The notes below the pieces were generated by a model that was not told where the DNA came from, ran no database searches, and worked only from the letters and a program-made list of their open reading frames with translations. From Candidatus Scalinduaceae bacterium (lineage in GTDB: Bacteria > Planctomycetota > Brocadiia > Brocadiales > Scalinduaceae), in NCBI GenBank assembly GCA_046759445.1, contig JBHICG010000021.1, positions 1 through 48,123 on the forward strand: a stretch of 48,123 bases of DNA. Direction: 5' to 3'. Numbering within the stretch: position 1 is the stretch's first letter; each line of letters starts with the position of its first letter. Both the position numbers and the translations under genes were made by a program. Positions 31,885 through 42,165 of this stretch are shown here, piece after piece.

Positions 31885-33132
31885 TTATTTTGTGGCTTCA
31901 AGAATAGTAACCAGGCCATGCCCGCATCCAATACCCTTTTGCATATTAATTTCCAGAGTGCGCAATGCATATCCTAATTGTGGTTCAATAATATTAGCCC
32001 TTGGTTCACCATACCACATCCATCCCGTATCTGCAATAACTCTATCAATATTCATTGTAGCAAACTGTAGATGACTTGAAAATTCAGGCCAATCTTCCAA
32101 TTCTGTTAAGGATGCATTTTCTTCGAGCCTTTTTTGGCAAAAGTTTACCAAAATATTCCAGCTTCTAATCAGTTCATTGAGAAAAGGACCAACTGTCGGG
32201 TGGTCTGGAACTATAGAGGTATCAATTATTAACTCCGACAGATCAGTTCGCATATAATCCTCGTGTAAACGGTTGACGGTCCTTCGTATGGGCTTGAGTT
32301 TTGGATTATACTGCTGTGTATCTGTATGACGGCCTGTTAAGATAGAACGGTCATATTTCTTTAATATTTCCACTTGTACCTTTGTTTCCATAGTAAGTTC
32401 TTCAACTAATTCTTCCACTTCTGTCCCGGTCCAAAACCGAACAGGAAAGTGTTCGATCTTAACATCTTGGTTCAATTCAGAATAAAGATAGCTCATTGAA
32501 TAGTCGCGTATCTTTTCTGCTTCAGTTTTCACATTCCAATAATCCGGCCACTCTATTGAATATCTCCCCAAAAAGTCGAGAATTATTAAGCTCCCATTAC
32601 TGCTGTGATTGCAAATATCAATCAGAAGTTTGACTAAATGAGATTTGTTAAGATGGGAAAGAGATGCATAAGATGAAAAATAAATATCAAAAGGTTTTTC
32701 TTCCTTAACTGCATCCAGACCCTCTCTTAAATCTGCTCGTCTAAACTTAACGTTCGGTTTACATTTAAAAATTTCATTTCCCTTGTCCACCATTTCTTGG
32801 CACAAATCCAGTCCCATATAGATTTCAATTTCATCTTCAGGAAGTACACGATCATACTGTAATCCCAAATCCAGGTCTCGTTTATCTATTTTTGTAACAA
32901 GTTCATACCCCTGGCCTGTCCCACAACCCAGATCAAGGATTCTCAGCTTTTTCCCTTGATTTTGCCTATGAGCTACTAATTTGGATAAAAAAGGGCGTAA
33001 AACAAATCTCGTAAGTTGATCCTCCCAATATGTTCGTACATTATCATATTTCCCAAATAGATTACCCGAATATCGATCATAGTCACCCCTCTTTACAGCT
33101 TCAGTGTAAGTTCTAGTTTCTTTTGATTGCAT
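31885..33132 (-). CDS. uncharacterised class I SAM-dependent methyltransferase (415 aa)
   Basis: ILDLGCGTGQG motif I, YMGLDL motif II, PFDIYFSS; large non-Rossmann extensions. Confidence 0.85.
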   Translation of the reverse strand: MQSKETRTYTEAVKRGDYDRYSGNLFGKYDNVRTYWEDQLTRFVLRPFLSKLVAHRQNQGKKLRILDLGCGTGQGYELVTKIDKRDLDLGLQYDRVLPEDEIEIYMGLDLCQEMVDKGNEIFKCKPNVKFRRADLREGLDAVKEEKPFDIYFSSYASLSHLNKSHLVKLLIDICNHSSNGSLIILDFLGRYSIEWPDYWNVKTEAEKIRDYSMSYLYSELNQDVKIEHFPVRFWTGTEVEELVEELTMETKVQVEILKKYDRSILTGRHTDTQQYNPKLKPIRRTVNRLHEDYMRTDLSELIIDTSIVPDHPTVGPFLNELIRSWNILVNFCQKRLEENASLTELEDWPEFSSHLQFATMNIDRVIADTGWMWYGEPRANIIEPQLGYALRTLEINMQKGIGCGHGLVTILEATK

Positions 33133-33161
33133 TGGACATTACTTTAAACATTTACAGTGTG

Positions 33162-34640
33162 TTAAAGAATTTTACCTTTCCATTTACCAATCAGATTGAC
33201 GGCATCGGGATGATCAAAGTGGCGTTCAAAAATATTGTAATAAAAAAGTTCTTCATTTGATGAGACAGGTATACCACGCGCTTTCGCTTTCTGTAATTTC
33301 TCCTCTGTAATGCATGATGTCTTTTTCTCAAAAAAAGTAGAAGAGCCACAACCCTGAGCAAATTCTAATTTATCTCTCCATACAATCTCAGCAGGCAGTA
33401 CATCTTCAAATGCTTTACGCAAAAGCCATTTTTCTTTACCAAAAGAGCTTTGCATCTTAAGTTCAGGTGAAATACTCAAGACAGTCTCAATAAATTCAAT
33501 ATCAAGAAAAGGTACCCGGCCTTCTAATCCATGCGCCATTGTCATACGGTCTACTCTCTGTAGATTTATATTATGCAAGCCACTTAGGATTCGGATAGAT
33601 TCTGAATGAAGTTCTTGTGGTTCGTCATATTCTTCTAAATAACTGTATCCGGCGAAAAGTTCGTCTGCGCCTTCTCCAGAAAGGACAACCTTGACATATT
33701 GGCTTGCCAGTTTGGAAACGAAGTAACACGGGACAGCGCTCCTTACTAAAGCAGGGTCATAAGATTCTAGATAATATATAACATCTGCAAGAACTTCCCG
33801 CATTTCGTCTTCTGAATAAACATATTCATGATGAACAGTGCCAAGATGTTGTGCTACCATTCTTGCAGCTTTAATGTCAGGTGATTCAGAGAGCCCAACC
33901 GAAAATGAATGCAACTCTGGTATTTCTTCTTTCATCAAAGCAGCAATAATACTTGAATCCAATCCACCACTTAAAAAAACGCCAACAGGAACATCAGACA
34001 TTAACCTCTTTTTTACACTTTTTTTTAACGTTTTTTTGATCTTTTCAATTGCTTTGCCTATATCCGTAATAAAGACATCAACCTGTGGTAATTGGTAATA
34101 GGTTTTAAATCCTTCATTAGAATCAAAATAACTACCTTTGGGAAACTCGCTAATACGGTCAGTTGTATTTAGCAAGGCCTTTATCTCCGAGGAAAAATAA
34201 ATATTTTCATCATCAAAACCCCAATATAAAGGTTTAATACCAATTGGGTCACGAGCAACAAAAAATTGATCTTTTTTTGAGAGTATGAAACTAAACATTC
34301 CGTCAAGATATTTCAAAAAATTTGAGCCTTTTTGCTGATAGAGTGGTATTATGACTTCACAATCACTATTAGATGAGAAATTGTAGTTTAATTGATTTTT
34401 TAGACTTTGATGATTATATATCTCGCCATTACAGACTAAATATATACCGTCATGAGATTCTATAGGCTGATGTCCACATTCTGGGTCAACAATCGAAAGC
34501 CGTTGATGGCCGAGAAAAAACTCAGACCACATAATAGTTCCTTTATCATCTGGCCCACGATGCTGTAACGTTTGTAACATCGCTTCAAACTGAGATTCGG
34601 TTTTATTTAATTTCCCAAAAACACCAAGAATTCCACACAT
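33162..34640 (-). CDS. asnB: AsnB-like glutamine-hydrolysing amidotransferase
   Basis: MCGI (catalytic Cys), HRGPD, NGEIYN, LSGGLDSS, SGEGADELFAGY and RVPFLD motifs; true substrate uncertain. Confidence 0.9.
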   Translation of the reverse strand: MCGILGVFGKLNKTESQFEAMLQTLQHRGPDDKGTIMWSEFFLGHQRLSIVDPECGHQPIESHDGIYLVCNGEIYNHQSLKNQLNYNFSSNSDCEVIIPLYQQKGSNFLKYLDGMFSFILSKKDQFFVARDPIGIKPLYWGFDDENIYFSSEIKALLNTTDRISEFPKGSYFDSNEGFKTYYQLPQVDVFITDIGKAIEKIKKTLKKSVKKRLMSDVPVGVFLSGGLDSSIIAALMKEEIPELHSFSVGLSESPDIKAARMVAQHLGTVHHEYVYSEDEMREVLADVIYYLESYDPALVRSAVPCYFVSKLASQYVKVVLSGEGADELFAGYSYLEEYDEPQELHSESIRILSGLHNINLQRVDRMTMAHGLEGRVPFLDIEFIETVLSISPELKMQSSFGKEKWLLRKAFEDVLPAEIVWRDKLEFAQGCGSSTFFEKKTSCITEEKLQKAKARGIPVSSNEELFYYNIFERHFDHPDAVNLIGKWKGKIL

Positions 34641-34677
34641 TTTATGAGATAATGGAAATAGCTATAAATATTCGTTT

Positions 34678-34812
34678 TTAAAAGGATTCCTGCTTGACTT
34701 TAATAGTGGTTTTATCCTCGATTTCGGCTCTGCCCCACATCGCTTGAGCACCAATAGAATAAAGTAATGCTACAGTGAGCATTGCAATCTTTGTTTTTAA
34801 AAACGAGACCAT
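34678..34812 (-). CDS. 44-aa signal-peptide-bearing small ORF or gene fragment
   Basis: manual translation MVSFLKTKIAMLTVALLYSIGAQAMWGRAEIEDKTTIKVKQESF. Confidence 0.35.
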   Translation of the reverse strand: MVSFLKTKIAMLTVALLYSIGAQAMWGRAEIEDKTTIKVKQESF

Positions 34813-34839
34813 CCCTTTTCAAAAACTTCTTTTAGAGAA

Positions 34840-34962
34840 TCAAAAGGCTTTCTTGGCCCCTTCCTTTAGATATTCCCATAGTTCTTCTGCTTTTTTCTTA
34901 ATTAATTCATCGAGCTTTGCTTGCGCAACGTCCTTTATTAACCAGCTAAAATTTCTAATCAT
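34840..34962 (-). CDS. 40-aa small ORF or gene remnant
   Basis: manual translation MIRNFSWLIKDVAQAKLDELIKKKAEELWEYLKEGAKKAF. Confidence 0.35.
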   Translation of the reverse strand: MIRNFSWLIKDVAQAKLDELIKKKAEELWEYLKEGAKKAF

Positions 34963-35019
34963 TTATACTCAACAAAAGTTTTAAATAAATGTGACAAATT
35001 TTCATCTTTGGTTTTCATT

Positions 35020-35448
35020 TTAAGCTATTACTACTAGTTCGAGTTCAAAAATGAGTTCTTTTCCTGTCAGGGGGTGATTAGCATCAATGGTTATTATTTT
35101 ATCAGTGATATCTGTTATAGTTGCCTTACAGATTTTTCCATTATTTGATTCAACATTAAGCGTCATCCCTAATTGAGGAATAATATCGGGAGGAAATTGT
35201 GATTTTTCAATAGTAGTTACGAGATTACCATCGTGTTCACCATAAGCATCCTTTGAAGGAATACAAACTTTTTTTGTTTCACCTAAGGTCATTCCAATTA
35301 TTGCATTTTCAAAACCCGATATGAGCTTTTTTTCTCCAATAGTAAATTCAAGCGGTTCTTTTTCCCTCGAAGAGTCAAAAACCTTGCCATTCTTTAAAGA
35401 TCCTGTGTAATGAACCTTTACCTTGTCCCCTACCTTTGCCTTTGACAT
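35020..35448 (-). CDS. slyD: FKBP-type PPIase, SlyD/SlpA-like
   Basis: VKVHYTG, FDSS, AYG and IDANHPLTGK motifs; lacks the His-rich tail. Confidence 0.88.
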   Translation of the reverse strand: MSKAKVGDKVKVHYTGSLKNGKVFDSSREKEPLEFTIGEKKLISGFENAIIGMTLGETKKVCIPSKDAYGEHDGNLVTTIEKSQFPPDIIPQLGMTLNVESNNGKICKATITDITDKIITIDANHPLTGKELIFELELVVIA

Positions 35449-36138
35449 TGTTTCTCCCTTTCTAAAATTTATTTTGTAAAGTTAAAGTAAAGTATACATT
35501 CAACCTCGAAGAGCAAAAAAAGGTAGCTATTTCGATAGGGTTTATAAAAGCTTTATCCTGAGAAGAATTTCTTCATCATGGGTTGTCTCACCAAAAGTCC
35601 TGTGAAGTCCAAAAAGAGTTCCTCACGGCATTTGCATCGAACCTTTTGGCAAATCCTTTTGAAAAGATATCTTAACGCTTTATTAGAGACAAATTTCGTG
35701 ACTTCAAGGTGATTGAACCTTGGCAATACCGATCGTGACAAAATATTGAGTAGCGTGTCCCTCTGCACTATCCCAATACCACGTTGCTCTTGGTGAACCA
35801 CAACCCCTAAACAAAAATGCTATAGTTTTATGTTCTATGGATGTATAAAAAGTAATAGTAATATAGTAAGATAATTACATATTATATGCAAGCTTATTTG
35901 CCAACAATAGTGAATATTTAATACTGATATTATGTGAGTCAGATTCAGGTTGGCAGTCAGGAGGTTGGGAAAAGTTCTTTAAAAATAATGAAGTTATATA
36001 GTTATAGATGAAGAAAGGAGAAATAACGTAAAATCTAACCCGTAGTTTTGTAGAAAGCATATTTGGATTAAAAAACTAGCGTGAGTTTAATAGGTGTGTT
36101 AATCGAAAAGACTATTGAAGTATTACCAAGAACAGTGC

Positions 36139-36516
36139 CTACTCAGAAGCAAGGGTCTCGGTAATCTCATTGTCACCTTTCTTATACATCTCCAGTTTAT
36201 CCTTCGGAAGTTTCTCGATAGTCTTTTCGACGCGGGAGGTTAACTCGTCACGATTATCTTCAGGTAAGGTGTTAAGGATTGTAAGTATCTCCCTAACCCC
36301 TGCAGCATTTACCCTCTTGATCTGAATCAGATAGTGGACATACTCTAAAAGACTGATGTCCTTTAATGAATAAAGTCGCCGATTTCCGTCGTTCCTGGAA
36401 GGCTTGACGAGTCCCTTTTCCTCATAAATTCGCAAGGTGCGAGGGTTTACTTCTAAAATCTCTGCAGCTACACTGATAGGAAAGAGTGACTTATTCGGAT
36501 TGATTTCCTTTACCAT
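36139..36516 (-). CDS. MerR-family transcriptional regulator (HspR-like)
   Basis: ISVAAEIL.V.PRTLRIYE..GLVKPSR..GNRRLYS. Confidence 0.88.
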   Translation of the reverse strand: MVKEINPNKSLFPISVAAEILEVNPRTLRIYEEKGLVKPSRNDGNRRLYSLKDISLLEYVHYLIQIKRVNAAGVREILTILNTLPEDNRDELTSRVEKTIEKLPKDKLEMYKKGDNEITETLASE

Positions 36517-36751
36517 AGATCATATTTCTCCATAATAAAGTAATACTCCGTGTAAGATGTCATCAAATTTGTGTTTATTTTAACATAACTTAATGCTATA
36601 TTCAATTTTAATTATAAAGATGTCATTTGTTTAACATTTTACAAAGCAGAACAAGTACAAATTAGTTACTAATCGTACTCCACAGTCCTCGTTCCGTAGT
36701 ATGACTACTACGAAGGAATGGTGCTACGTAGGATGTAAAGGAGCTATTAAT

Positions 36752-37006
36752 ATGGAATGGAAGATTATAGGTATACTTGCGGCCGTATGTACTACCTCAG
36801 GTTTTATACCGCAAATATTAAGGGGTATAAGAACGAAGAAGTTGGAGGATGTTTCTCCAATCATGTATATAGTACTGATCTTTGGATTTTCGATGTGGCT
36901 TACTTATGGCATACACCTGAAAGACCTCATAATCATTGGGGCTAATGCGGTTGCGTTGTCATTCAGTGTGTTTATCCTTATTTTGCGTTATAAATATTTG
37001 AGGTGA
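36752..37006 (+). CDS. SemiSWEET/PQ-loop transporter
   Basis: TTSGFIPQ, DVS and WLTYG motifs; three TM helices; AAGGAG RBS before ATG 36752. Confidence 0.9.
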   Translation: MEWKIIGILAAVCTTSGFIPQILRGIRTKKLEDVSPIMYIVLIFGFSMWLTYGIHLKDLIIIGANAVALSFSVFILILRYKYLR

Positions 37007-37049
37007 AATTTATGTATGGAAAAAATTTGGTTTGTTAAGGAATGTAATG

Positions 37050-37910
37050 TTAGAAATATTTCCCAAAGATAACGTTCAATTTTTCCTTTGTTTCTCTCGG
37101 AATTTTGTCTCTTTGTGTTACGATAGCATTACTTGCCGCATTGACACAGCTACAGCCCCTTTCATCTTCTATCATTGGGATAGCACACTTAATAATGGTT
37201 TTAGCCGTATCAACGTTTCTTCTTAAGTTTTGGATGACCATATCTGCGTTAACGTCTTCTTCTCCTTCGTGCCAGCAGTCGTAGTCAGTGGAGAGCGCAA
37301 GTGTGCTGTAACATATCTCAGCCTCACGCGCCAGCTTGGCCTCTTGTATGTTTGTCATGCCTATGACGCTTACGTTCCATTGACGATAAGTTAGCGATTC
37401 TGCCCTTGTTGAGAATTGTGGTCCTTCAATGCAGACATAAGTGCCTCCTTTATGAACCGTAGCACCAGCAGTTTTTGCCGCTTCATAAAGGGTTTCTGCA
37501 AGGACAGAGCATACAGGGTCAGCAAGACTGACATGTCCAACAATACCATCGCCAAAGAAGGTACCTATTCTTCCCCTTGTACGATCTAAAAACTGGTCAG
37601 GAATAACTATGTCCAGTGGTTTAATCTCTTCCTTCATACTTCCCACAGCGCTGACGGCTATTATTCTTTCCACCCCCAGTTTCTTCATGCCGAATATGTT
37701 TGCACGGAAGTTTAGTTCGGATGGTAATATGTTGTGAGATCTTCCATGTCGTGGGAGGAAGACAACGCTCTTTCCTTCGAGAGTTCCAGTGGTAAACTGG
37801 TCAGAAGGTTCTCCAAAGGGTGTTTCGACTTTAACATTTTTGATATTTTTAATACCTTCAATATTGTATAATCCACTTCCACCAATTATTCCAATTCTTC
37901 TGTCACTCAT
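37050..37910 (-). CDS. mtnP: S-methyl-5'-thioadenosine phosphorylase
   Basis: [31 protein letters not shown] and TDYDCW motifs. Confidence 0.95.
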   Translation of the reverse strand: MSDRRIGIIGGSGLYNIEGIKNIKNVKVETPFGEPSDQFTTGTLEGKSVVFLPRHGRSHNILPSELNFRANIFGMKKLGVERIIAVSAVGSMKEEIKPLDIVIPDQFLDRTRGRIGTFFGDGIVGHVSLADPVCSVLAETLYEAAKTAGATVHKGGTYVCIEGPQFSTRAESLTYRQWNVSVIGMTNIQEAKLAREAEICYSTLALSTDYDCWHEGEEDVNADMVIQNLRRNVDTAKTIIKCAIPMIEDERGCSCVNAASNAIVTQRDKIPRETKEKLNVIFGKYF

Positions 37911-37988
37911 ATAATAACTCTTTAATATTGTGCTTAAAAAGCGGGTATTTTAACAATGGTTATCAGACCGTCAAGAACAAAAATTTAA

Positions 37989-38136
37989 TGGGTATTCACT
38001 TGGCGGGGTCAATGGGGAGTTAAGTTCCATTCCAAGTCCCCAATATAAGGATGTTTTGGGTTATATTTAATGATTTAATTAAGTTATGCATAGTCTATAT
38101 TTTATGAAAATTTTACCTCAGTCAAGTGAATACCCA
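37989..38136. mobile_element. 148-bp MITE-like element (family C)
   Basis: perfect 14-bp TIRs TGGGTATTCACTTG / CAAGTGAATACCCA; single copy in the window. Confidence 0.6.
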
Positions 38137-38147
38137 CTTAATCTTAA

Positions 38148-38175
38148 TTGACAGTAGGACTGGTTTTAATATAAT
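38148..38175 (+). promoter_or_regulatory. consensus sigma-70 promoter upstream of the moxR operon
   Basis: TTGACA-16-TATAAT. Confidence 0.7.
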
Positions 38176-38514
38176 AATTGTCAGTGACACCAGTTTGTTA
38201 ATCTAATAACTAAATTGGCTGAAATGAACCTTTTTCAGGTTAATGACAGATCATGATTTCTGTCTACAATTAGATTTATTATTTATATTATAAGGCTTTT
38301 GCATCAAATGGATTTTCATAACTATTTTTGCTTAAATAATTAACATTATTTTTTTTGGTAATTTTAACTTGCCATTTATTTTTATTAGATATATTTTATA
38401 AATTGGCCAAGAATATGCAATAATTAAAAACTTTTTAAACTAAGCATACATATATACATGATGTTTTACCGTAACATGCGAGATTTTGTGTTTGCATTTA
38501 AGGAGAAATAGAAA

Positions 38515-39525
38515 GTGGCTGAGGCAGTTCAGACTGAATGTTTTGAAGATACTCAATATATAAGTAAAAAACTTGATGAAGTTAAAATGGAAGTTGAAAA
38601 AGTTATAGTAGGCCAGGATGAGATGGTAGAGGCCATTATTATTGCCCTTTTTTCTGATGGCCACATCCTTTTAGAAGGGTATCCCGGACTTGGAAAGACT
38701 ATAACGGTTAAGACTGCATCGAAAGTAATTGATGCAAAATTTCAAAGGGTTCAATTCACTCCTGACCTGATACCCAGTGATATTACGGGATTTGAATTAT
38801 GCGATCCAGAAACAAGAAAAAGTACAGTTCAGCAAGGACCCATATTTACAAATTTACTTTTGGCGGATGAAATCAACAGGGCTCCTGCGAAGGTTCAGAG
38901 CGCTTTGCTCGAAGGCATGCAGGAAAAGCAGGTAACAATAGGTAGGGTAACGTATAAGTTGGAAGAATTATTTATAGTTCTTGCAACTCAAAATCCGATA
39001 GAGATATCAGGCACCTATCTCTTGCCGGAGGCAGAGATAGACAGATTTATGTTTAAGCTCAAGCTTACTTACCCATCTTACAGTGAAGAAAGGGAAATTA
39101 CTGAGAGACAAGTTCGAGACGATAAAGTTCAGCTTGATGCTGTCTTGAGTCCTGAAGAAATAATATTCTTAAGACATTTCATTGCGAAAAAAATTCCTTT
39201 GTATAAGGAATCTCAAATCTTAAAATACTCCACACGCATCGTAAGGGCGACAAGGCCAAACTCGGAAAGCAATGGAAATATTAATAAAGAGATCATGTAC
39301 GGGGCTTCTCCTCGTGCTTCTATTTATCTTGCGAAGGCAGCGCGTGTTTATGCTTTTTTAACAGGAAGTAATATAGTATTACCAGAACACATACATAAAA
39401 TGGCTTATCCCGTTTTAAGACACAGAATAATTTTGACGCACGAGGCAGAATCTCAAGGGATAGATCCAGATGATATAATAGATACTGTATTGAGCAAGGT
39501 GCCAATTTTAGAATTGGGACAGTAA
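38515..39525 (+). CDS. moxR: MoxR-family AAA+ ATPase
   Basis: HILLEGYPGLGKT, RVQFTPDL.PSD, DEINRA, ATQNP and GASPRA motifs. Confidence 0.95.
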   Translation: MAEAVQTECFEDTQYISKKLDEVKMEVEKVIVGQDEMVEAIIIALFSDGHILLEGYPGLGKTITVKTASKVIDAKFQRVQFTPDLIPSDITGFELCDPETRKSTVQQGPIFTNLLLADEINRAPAKVQSALLEGMQEKQVTIGRVTYKLEELFIVLATQNPIEISGTYLLPEAEIDRFMFKLKLTYPSYSEEREITERQVRDDKVQLDAVLSPEEIIFLRHFIAKKIPLYKESQILKYSTRIVRATRPNSESNGNINKEIMYGASPRASIYLAKAARVYAFLTGSNIVLPEHIHKMAYPVLRHRIILTHEAESQGIDPDDIIDTVLSKVPILELGQ

Positions 39526-39632
39526 ACGAGGGAAGAACATAGCACAGCCGATTTATGTGGACAATAGGCAGTAAACAGTAAGCATGGGTAGCTCTTTATA
39601 GATTTTGTTTTGTGTGAGCAAAACATACAAGT

Positions 39633-39752
39633 TAGATTTTTCACCCCCACTGCTTTCTTGCCGAAAGTAGGCTCTGTAAGAGCGAAAGCAAGAAGTGGGG
39701 GCTCAGAATGACACTTTTATCACCACAATGTCATCTCTGAGGAACGGAGTGA
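39633..39752. repeat. degenerate nested palindromic repeat between moxR and DUF58
   Basis: CCCCCACT...AGTGGGGG inverted repeat followed by CTCAGAATGACA...TGTCATCTCTGAG. Confidence 0.55.
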
Positions 39753-39761
39753 ACTAATTTA

Positions 39762-40616
39762 TTGAGAAGTAAGATAAGGCTACATATACAAAGGTTAGTG
39801 GCTAATCTTTTTGAAGGTGTCTTCTCAAGTTATTTAAAAGCCACAAGAGGGATTGAACTTGATGAGCTAAGACAGTATCAGCCAGGTGACGATTTCAGGT
39901 CTATTGACTGGAAGACGACTACAAGGACCGGGATTCTGCATGTTAGATTAAGGCTGGTAGATAGAAGAACCTCCGTATTCTTTTTGATAGATAAAAGTGA
40001 ATCAAAGAAATTTGGTTCATCAAGTTATGCGAAAGAAGATATTCAAACGTCTATAGTTTCTATTTTAGTTCAATCTGCAACAGAAACCGGCAATCAAGTT
40101 GGTTTTATAATTTTTACTGATAGAATTGAAATGTTTATTCCACCTCAGGTGGGACAAAAGGAGACGTTTAGAATTGTTGAGAATATTAAGTATGCCAAAA
40201 CTAAAGGTGTACTTACTGATATGAACTGCGCCTTTGAATTCTTAAATAGTATGCAGCTTACACCTTCGCTTGTTTTTGTATTATCTGATTTTCTTGCGCC
40301 ATTTAATTATGAAAAATCGTTAGAATCCCTTGCGAAAAAACATGACGTCATTCCCATAATCATATCTGACATAAGGGAAGAGGCTCTTCCTAAGGCAAGA
40401 GGTTTTGTGACAGTAAAGGATTTAGAAACACATGATGTTACATACTTAGATTTGTCTAAAGGTTTGGTTAGAGATTTACAACACTTTAATTTGTTTAATA
40501 AACTTAATCTTGATTATCTTACACTGAGGACAGATCAGGATGAAGAGCAATGGATAAGAAACTTGTCGAATTTTTTTGATAAAAGAATTAAGAGAAGAAG
40601 TAGGACAAAAAGATGA
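39762..40616 (+). CDS. DUF58 domain protein
   Basis: LRQYQPGDDFRSIDWK..AR-like motif, IDKSES and VLSDF; typical MoxR partner. Confidence 0.9.
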   Translation: MRSKIRLHIQRLVANLFEGVFSSYLKATRGIELDELRQYQPGDDFRSIDWKTTTRTGILHVRLRLVDRRTSVFFLIDKSESKKFGSSSYAKEDIQTSIVSILVQSATETGNQVGFIIFTDRIEMFIPPQVGQKETFRIVENIKYAKTKGVLTDMNCAFEFLNSMQLTPSLVFVLSDFLAPFNYEKSLESLAKKHDVIPIIISDIREEALPKARGFVTVKDLETHDVTYLDLSKGLVRDLQHFNLFNKLNLDYLTLRTDQDEEQWIRNLSNFFDKRIKRRSRTKR

Positions 40617-42043
40617 GAAGAATTTTATTTATATGTTTTTTGTGTATGCTTGTATCCCTTCTTAGTTATAACACTTGTAAGGTTCAGCAATTGGATTCGG
40701 TTTTTGAGGGAATGAAAACATCATTAGCTTACAATGAAACAGGTTATGAAAAAAAGGAACAGCAAGAAGAGGAAGCGCCGGAAATAGACGCACCCGTTGA
40801 ATTGTGGACATTTATAGGAAGCTATCGTTTTATTACGGGGAAAAACGTGCATATGACTGTGCAAATGATATGGAAGTTAGGTGTAAGTGTAAATGTGGAA
40901 GAATTCAGAAACGTTGACGTTTCTCCATTTAAGTTAGAAAAAGTAACTATTGGAGAAAGACAAATATTTGACAATGATAATGATTTTCTAATCATAACTT
41001 ATATTTTATCTCTGTCTGATGATGCAAAAGAAGGCGTATATTCAATACCTTCATTCACTATTTCGTATAAGGATGAAGTGAACAAAACCATTGCGCAAGC
41101 GAAAACAACTCCCGTTGCATTAAAGAAGGTTCCGATTTTAGTAGAGACAAAATTAGATAGAGATATAGTAAATATAGGCGATAGGATGCACTATGAACTC
41201 ACAATATGGCATGAAAAATATGTAGAAATACTTAAGGAGGAACTGGAGAAATTCAATTTTAAACCATTTCAGGTAATAGATTTCGAGGTTGAGGAAAAAA
41301 CAGAAGATAAATTGAAAAAGACAATTGTCAAGTATGAGCTTTCTATATATGAAATTGCTGAAAAAGATGAGGGTATTGAAATTCCATCATTGCCTGTATT
41401 GTATTACATAAAACATGAGGGAGAGTTGGAACGAGAAGAAGAAAAAGAATTAATGGTAACACAGGAGATAAATACTCCTGCTATTTCTGTGTTGATGAAT
41501 AGTTTGTTAAAGAAAATTGATGTGCCACTTGAAAGGTTAAAGGGACCTGTTGTGTATTCAAAAGTGGGTGTATGTCTGAAAGGGCACTTGCCTATTATCT
41601 TTGGTGTCATAATAATAATATTTCTGGGGGTGAACGAAATCAGGAGATTTACAGGTAAGATTACAAAGGTTGTTAAAGAAAAGATAACAGAGGCTCCTCT
41701 TGCACATGCGGAAAAACTTGAAAAACTGGTGGCAGATTTCAATTGTGATGCAGAAACTGATGAGTTAAGAAAGTCTGTTATTAATATTGATTGTAGCTTA
41801 AGAGCTTTCTTAGGGGCTCTGGTGGAGATACATAGCGAAGAAATACTTTCATTCACAACAACAAAACTTATTAATAATCTTAAAATCAATAAAGTTGCAG
41901 ACAGAATAGTTGAATCTGCTCATAATGCACTTAAAATATTCGATTCTGTAATATTTGGTGATATTGATAAGGGAGAGATAAAGAAGGTGATGAATGAGGT
42001 ACAGGAGATACTGAAGGAGACTAAGAGACGGGGGTATTACTAA
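40613..42043 (+). CDS. BatD-like membrane-anchored protein
   Basis: signal anchor, two repeated beta-sandwich segments (...IPSFTISY / IPSLPVLY), TM helix; operon context. Confidence 0.6.
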   Translation: MRRILFICFLCMLVSLLSYNTCKVQQLDSVFEGMKTSLAYNETGYEKKEQQEEEAPEIDAPVELWTFIGSYRFITGKNVHMTVQMIWKLGVSVNVEEFRNVDVSPFKLEKVTIGERQIFDNDNDFLIITYILSLSDDAKEGVYSIPSFTISYKDEVNKTIAQAKTTPVALKKVPILVETKLDRDIVNIGDRMHYELTIWHEKYVEILKEELEKFNFKPFQVIDFEVEEKTEDKLKKTIVKYELSIYEIAEKDEGIEIPSLPVLYYIKHEGELEREEEKELMVTQEINTPAISVLMNSLLKKIDVPLERLKGPVVYSKVGVCLKGHLPIIFGVIIIIFLGVNEIRRFTGKITKVVKEKITEAPLAHAEKLEKLVADFNCDAETDELRKSVINIDCSLRAFLGALVEIHSEEILSFTTTKLINNLKINKVADRIVESAHNALKIFDSVIFGDIDKGEIKKVMNEVQEILKETKRRGYY

Positions 42044-42165
42044 AGAAACTGGTAACCACGGAAAGACACAGAATATCACTGAAAATAAGGGGATCGGTGA
42101 TTAAGGAATTGAGGAATTAAAATTCCTTATTTACGTTAAGATATAAATTTGAGAAACTTTAAAAC

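Noticed and set aside
33162..34640. AsnB-like protein as a lasso-peptide cyclase
   Set aside because: It has an intact N-terminal Cys glutaminase domain, and there is no B1/B2 peptidase or lasso-like precursor
35553..36060. 82-aa and 61-aa minus-strand ORFs
   Set aside because: No recognisable family; possibly decayed sequence
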